Assembly (NCBI GenBank): GCA_009602735.1
Contig: WELA01002573.1
Location: 1 to 64,000 of the forward strand
DNA: 64,000 nucleotides
Direction of reading: 5' to 3'
Source: Mesotaenium endlicherianum
Lineage: Eukaryota
The position numbers and the translations under genes are program-made. How positions within the stretch are numbered: position 1 is the first letter of the stretch; each line of letters opens with the position of its first letter. Positions 61,488 through 64,000 of this stretch are shown here, piece by piece. The notes under the pieces were generated by a model. The model did no database searches, was not told the DNA's origin, and saw nothing but the letters and a program-made list of their open reading frames with translations.

Positions 61488-64000
61488 TGTAATAAATTAG
61501 TATACTTGTTGATATAATATTTATTTAAATAATATAGTTAAATCTGTTCAGCCTGCTGAACTCTAGTTAATGACTTGGCCGGAAGTAGCAGGCTGAGGTC
61601 ACCTTAAGTCAGCTTGCTGACACATTCTTTGACAGCCAGCTGACTTCCGTACTCGGTAGCAGCGAACTGCCTCGATATGCATCTAAGTGTGGTATGCTAG
61701 ATGAATGGCCAGATGACATCCCTATGATGGATGGCGATTCGGGATGATGGGAGATGGCGGTGGATTTGGTTAACCGAGGTCCTACCAACGTGGTTAACTC
61801 CCGGGTAGGCGGTGCCATCACACTGGCCGTTGAATAGTAAACTCATTCCATGTACATATGCTAGGCATTGCTCTCGAGTTCGGCATTCGGAAACGAGGCC
61901 AACTCTCTTGTACAGCTTACTGAGAGAGATCTGAATCCAAGGCGAGAAGCCATTGATACGCACTGTCTTCTAACCTTGCTTATGTATGAGTTTACTGATT
62001 TGCATCACTGATGCTAGTTTACTCGCATTTGACTTACGAGTATTATTCACTGCTAGTGTATTGTCCTTTGCCGTTAAACCAGTTAACGAAAAAATATCAT
62101 AAAGATTACTTGCTGATATAAAGATCTTTATTAATTATTAATCGCCTATTTGGTAAGTCGATTCATTTCAGTGGTATCGGAGCAGTTATCACAGTCTTCT
62201 TTGTATGGTAAGGACAAGGTCTCAAACTAGCAACTCCCGAGACATGGAGAACCAGGATAACGAGAATGTCAAAAACCAGGCGGAAAGCCATGTAGCGGGA
62301 AACCGTACCTATTCGGAAGCAGTAGCAGATACTGCAGCTAGGGAGGCTGCAGATGAGGCAGCTGCTATTGCCGCAGTTGCAGCTCAACAAGCTGAGGAGG
62401 AGAGAGCCAGGCTAGAAGCTGAACAAGTAGCAAAGGCCGCTGAAGATACAGAAAGGAGGGAAAGACAGCCAGCTGACGAGCGCACTGTCGAGGAAATCAT
62501 GGCATCAAGGGCCAATGTTTTGAACCCACCTCCTGCTGTACAACTCAATGTACCCCTAGGTCAAATACGTGATCGGCTGAATGCGGCAGGAATTGCTGCT
62601 GCAGGAGCGAGAGGGATTGTTGAGGACACTACTCAGCGAGTAGATACCAATGCTGCCGCTGCATTTGCTAATCTACCACCCCAAAGTGTAGACTTGGGAG
62701 CTTTGTTCGTTCAGATGCAATCGCAAACGGCGACCATGTATCAGTCCCAAGAGGAGGACAAAAGAATCATAATGTCCCTATTGCAGGACAAAGACCAACT
62801 GGGGTCTCACACCACTAGTGGTGGTGGCCGAGGGCCTAGTAAGCCCAAGCCGAAACCTCCCCAGGAATATGATCCTGAGGGGAACTGAAAGTATTACCTG
62901 ATCAAGTTTCTCGCGGATGTTGAGCAGTGGCTGGAGAACTACCCAGAACTGCAAGATTACGAGAAGGTCAGGCACACTGGTGCGCTAGTGAAAGGTAGTG
63001 CCGCAGACTGGTGGCTTTACTGGAAGGGGGAGCGTAAGGCTCGGCAACTCGGTGACCCTACGTGGGTAGAGTTTGTCGAGAAGTTGCATGAGAAGTTTGA
63101 TGTCATCAACCAGCAGGAGAAAGCTATCTATGCGATGATCTCCCTGACACTGAAGCAGACCACTTCAGTTGCTGAGTTTGCTCAAAAGTTCCAAGAGAAC
63201 ATGATGAAGCAGCCAGATTTGCCAGAACGGTATAGGATAGCATACTTCAGGTATGGCTTGAAATCCGAGGTCTCTGGTCATTTTGCTGAGAAAAAGTATG
63301 AGAAACTGGCTGACTTGATCCAGGATGCTGACGCCTGGGATCAGCAGCAGTTCAATCACAAGCGCCAGAGTAACGCTTTGGTGTCTAACATTGTCAAGAA
63401 GCCCCACGGTTCCTACAATGCAATTGAAGGAGACCAGGCTGAGGATAATCAGGGTGATGAATATGGGTATGAGTACAATGCTATTCAGTCTAGAGGTAGA
63501 GGTGGTCCCTCTCGAGGTGGCTATGGAAGGGGTGGTGGTAGGACTAAGCCGAGACCAGCCTCAGCAAAATCTACTTGCTACCATTGTCAGCAGAAAGGCC
63601 ACTACAGAGAACAGTGTCCGGTCAAGCACCTGCCTAAGGTCGAGAGAAAAGACCAGCCTTTAAAAGACAGCAACAGTCAGTAATCCAGTCTACTGACTGT
63701 GAGGATGCTAGAGATAGTGAGTCGTCACTAGCTGCCCTCGTAGCAGGTATTATGGGTCCTGCTGAACTGGATTCACTATGCATGCCTGACAACCAGATAA
63801 AGGAGACCATCAGCAATATAGACGTCCAGAGAGTGCACACTCTGGATGCTCTTGTTCCACCTGATGTCCAACATTTCTTTGCTACGTCAGGAGAACAATG
63901 CGAAAGTCAGGAAAAGACAGTCCCCCCTATCCTACTGCATTGCATGATTGCAGGTAGGAAGGTGAGGGCATTTGTTGACGGAGGGGCGTCACATACTTTT
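61488..64000 (+). mobile_element. Element D: Ty3/Gypsy 5' LTR, PBS, gag and start of pol (runs off the window)
   Basis: LTR TG..CA at 61488-62170; PBS TGGTATCGGAGC at 62172; gag 62205-63683 (MVRTRSQ.., LKQTTSVAEF, CYHCQQKGHYREQC) with one in-frame TGA at 62886; the -1 frame is open to AFVDGGASHTF (protease) at the window end. Confidence 0.92.

Overview
Eukaryotic chromosome end. Plant-type (CCCTAAA)n telomere at 1-124, then a compact GC-rich, intron-rich gene block (1.1-26.5 kb): RBM28/NOP4-like four-RRM protein (-), mucolipin/TRPML-like cation channel (+), membralin/TMEM259 (-) and prefoldin subunit 5 (+). From about 28.6 kb to the end lies an almost continuous nest of decayed Ty3/Gypsy LTR retrotransposons, labelled A-E here. 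A is a non-autonomous element in a (TC)n tract, B and C are chromoviruses, and D occurs as several LTR copies. E carries a recognisable C5 DNA cytosine methyltransferase domain between protease and reverse transcriptase, the most notable feature of the window. The gene content suggests a streptophyte (charophyte-grade) green alga; this is an inference. All calls are by eye without database searches, and exon boundaries are approximate.
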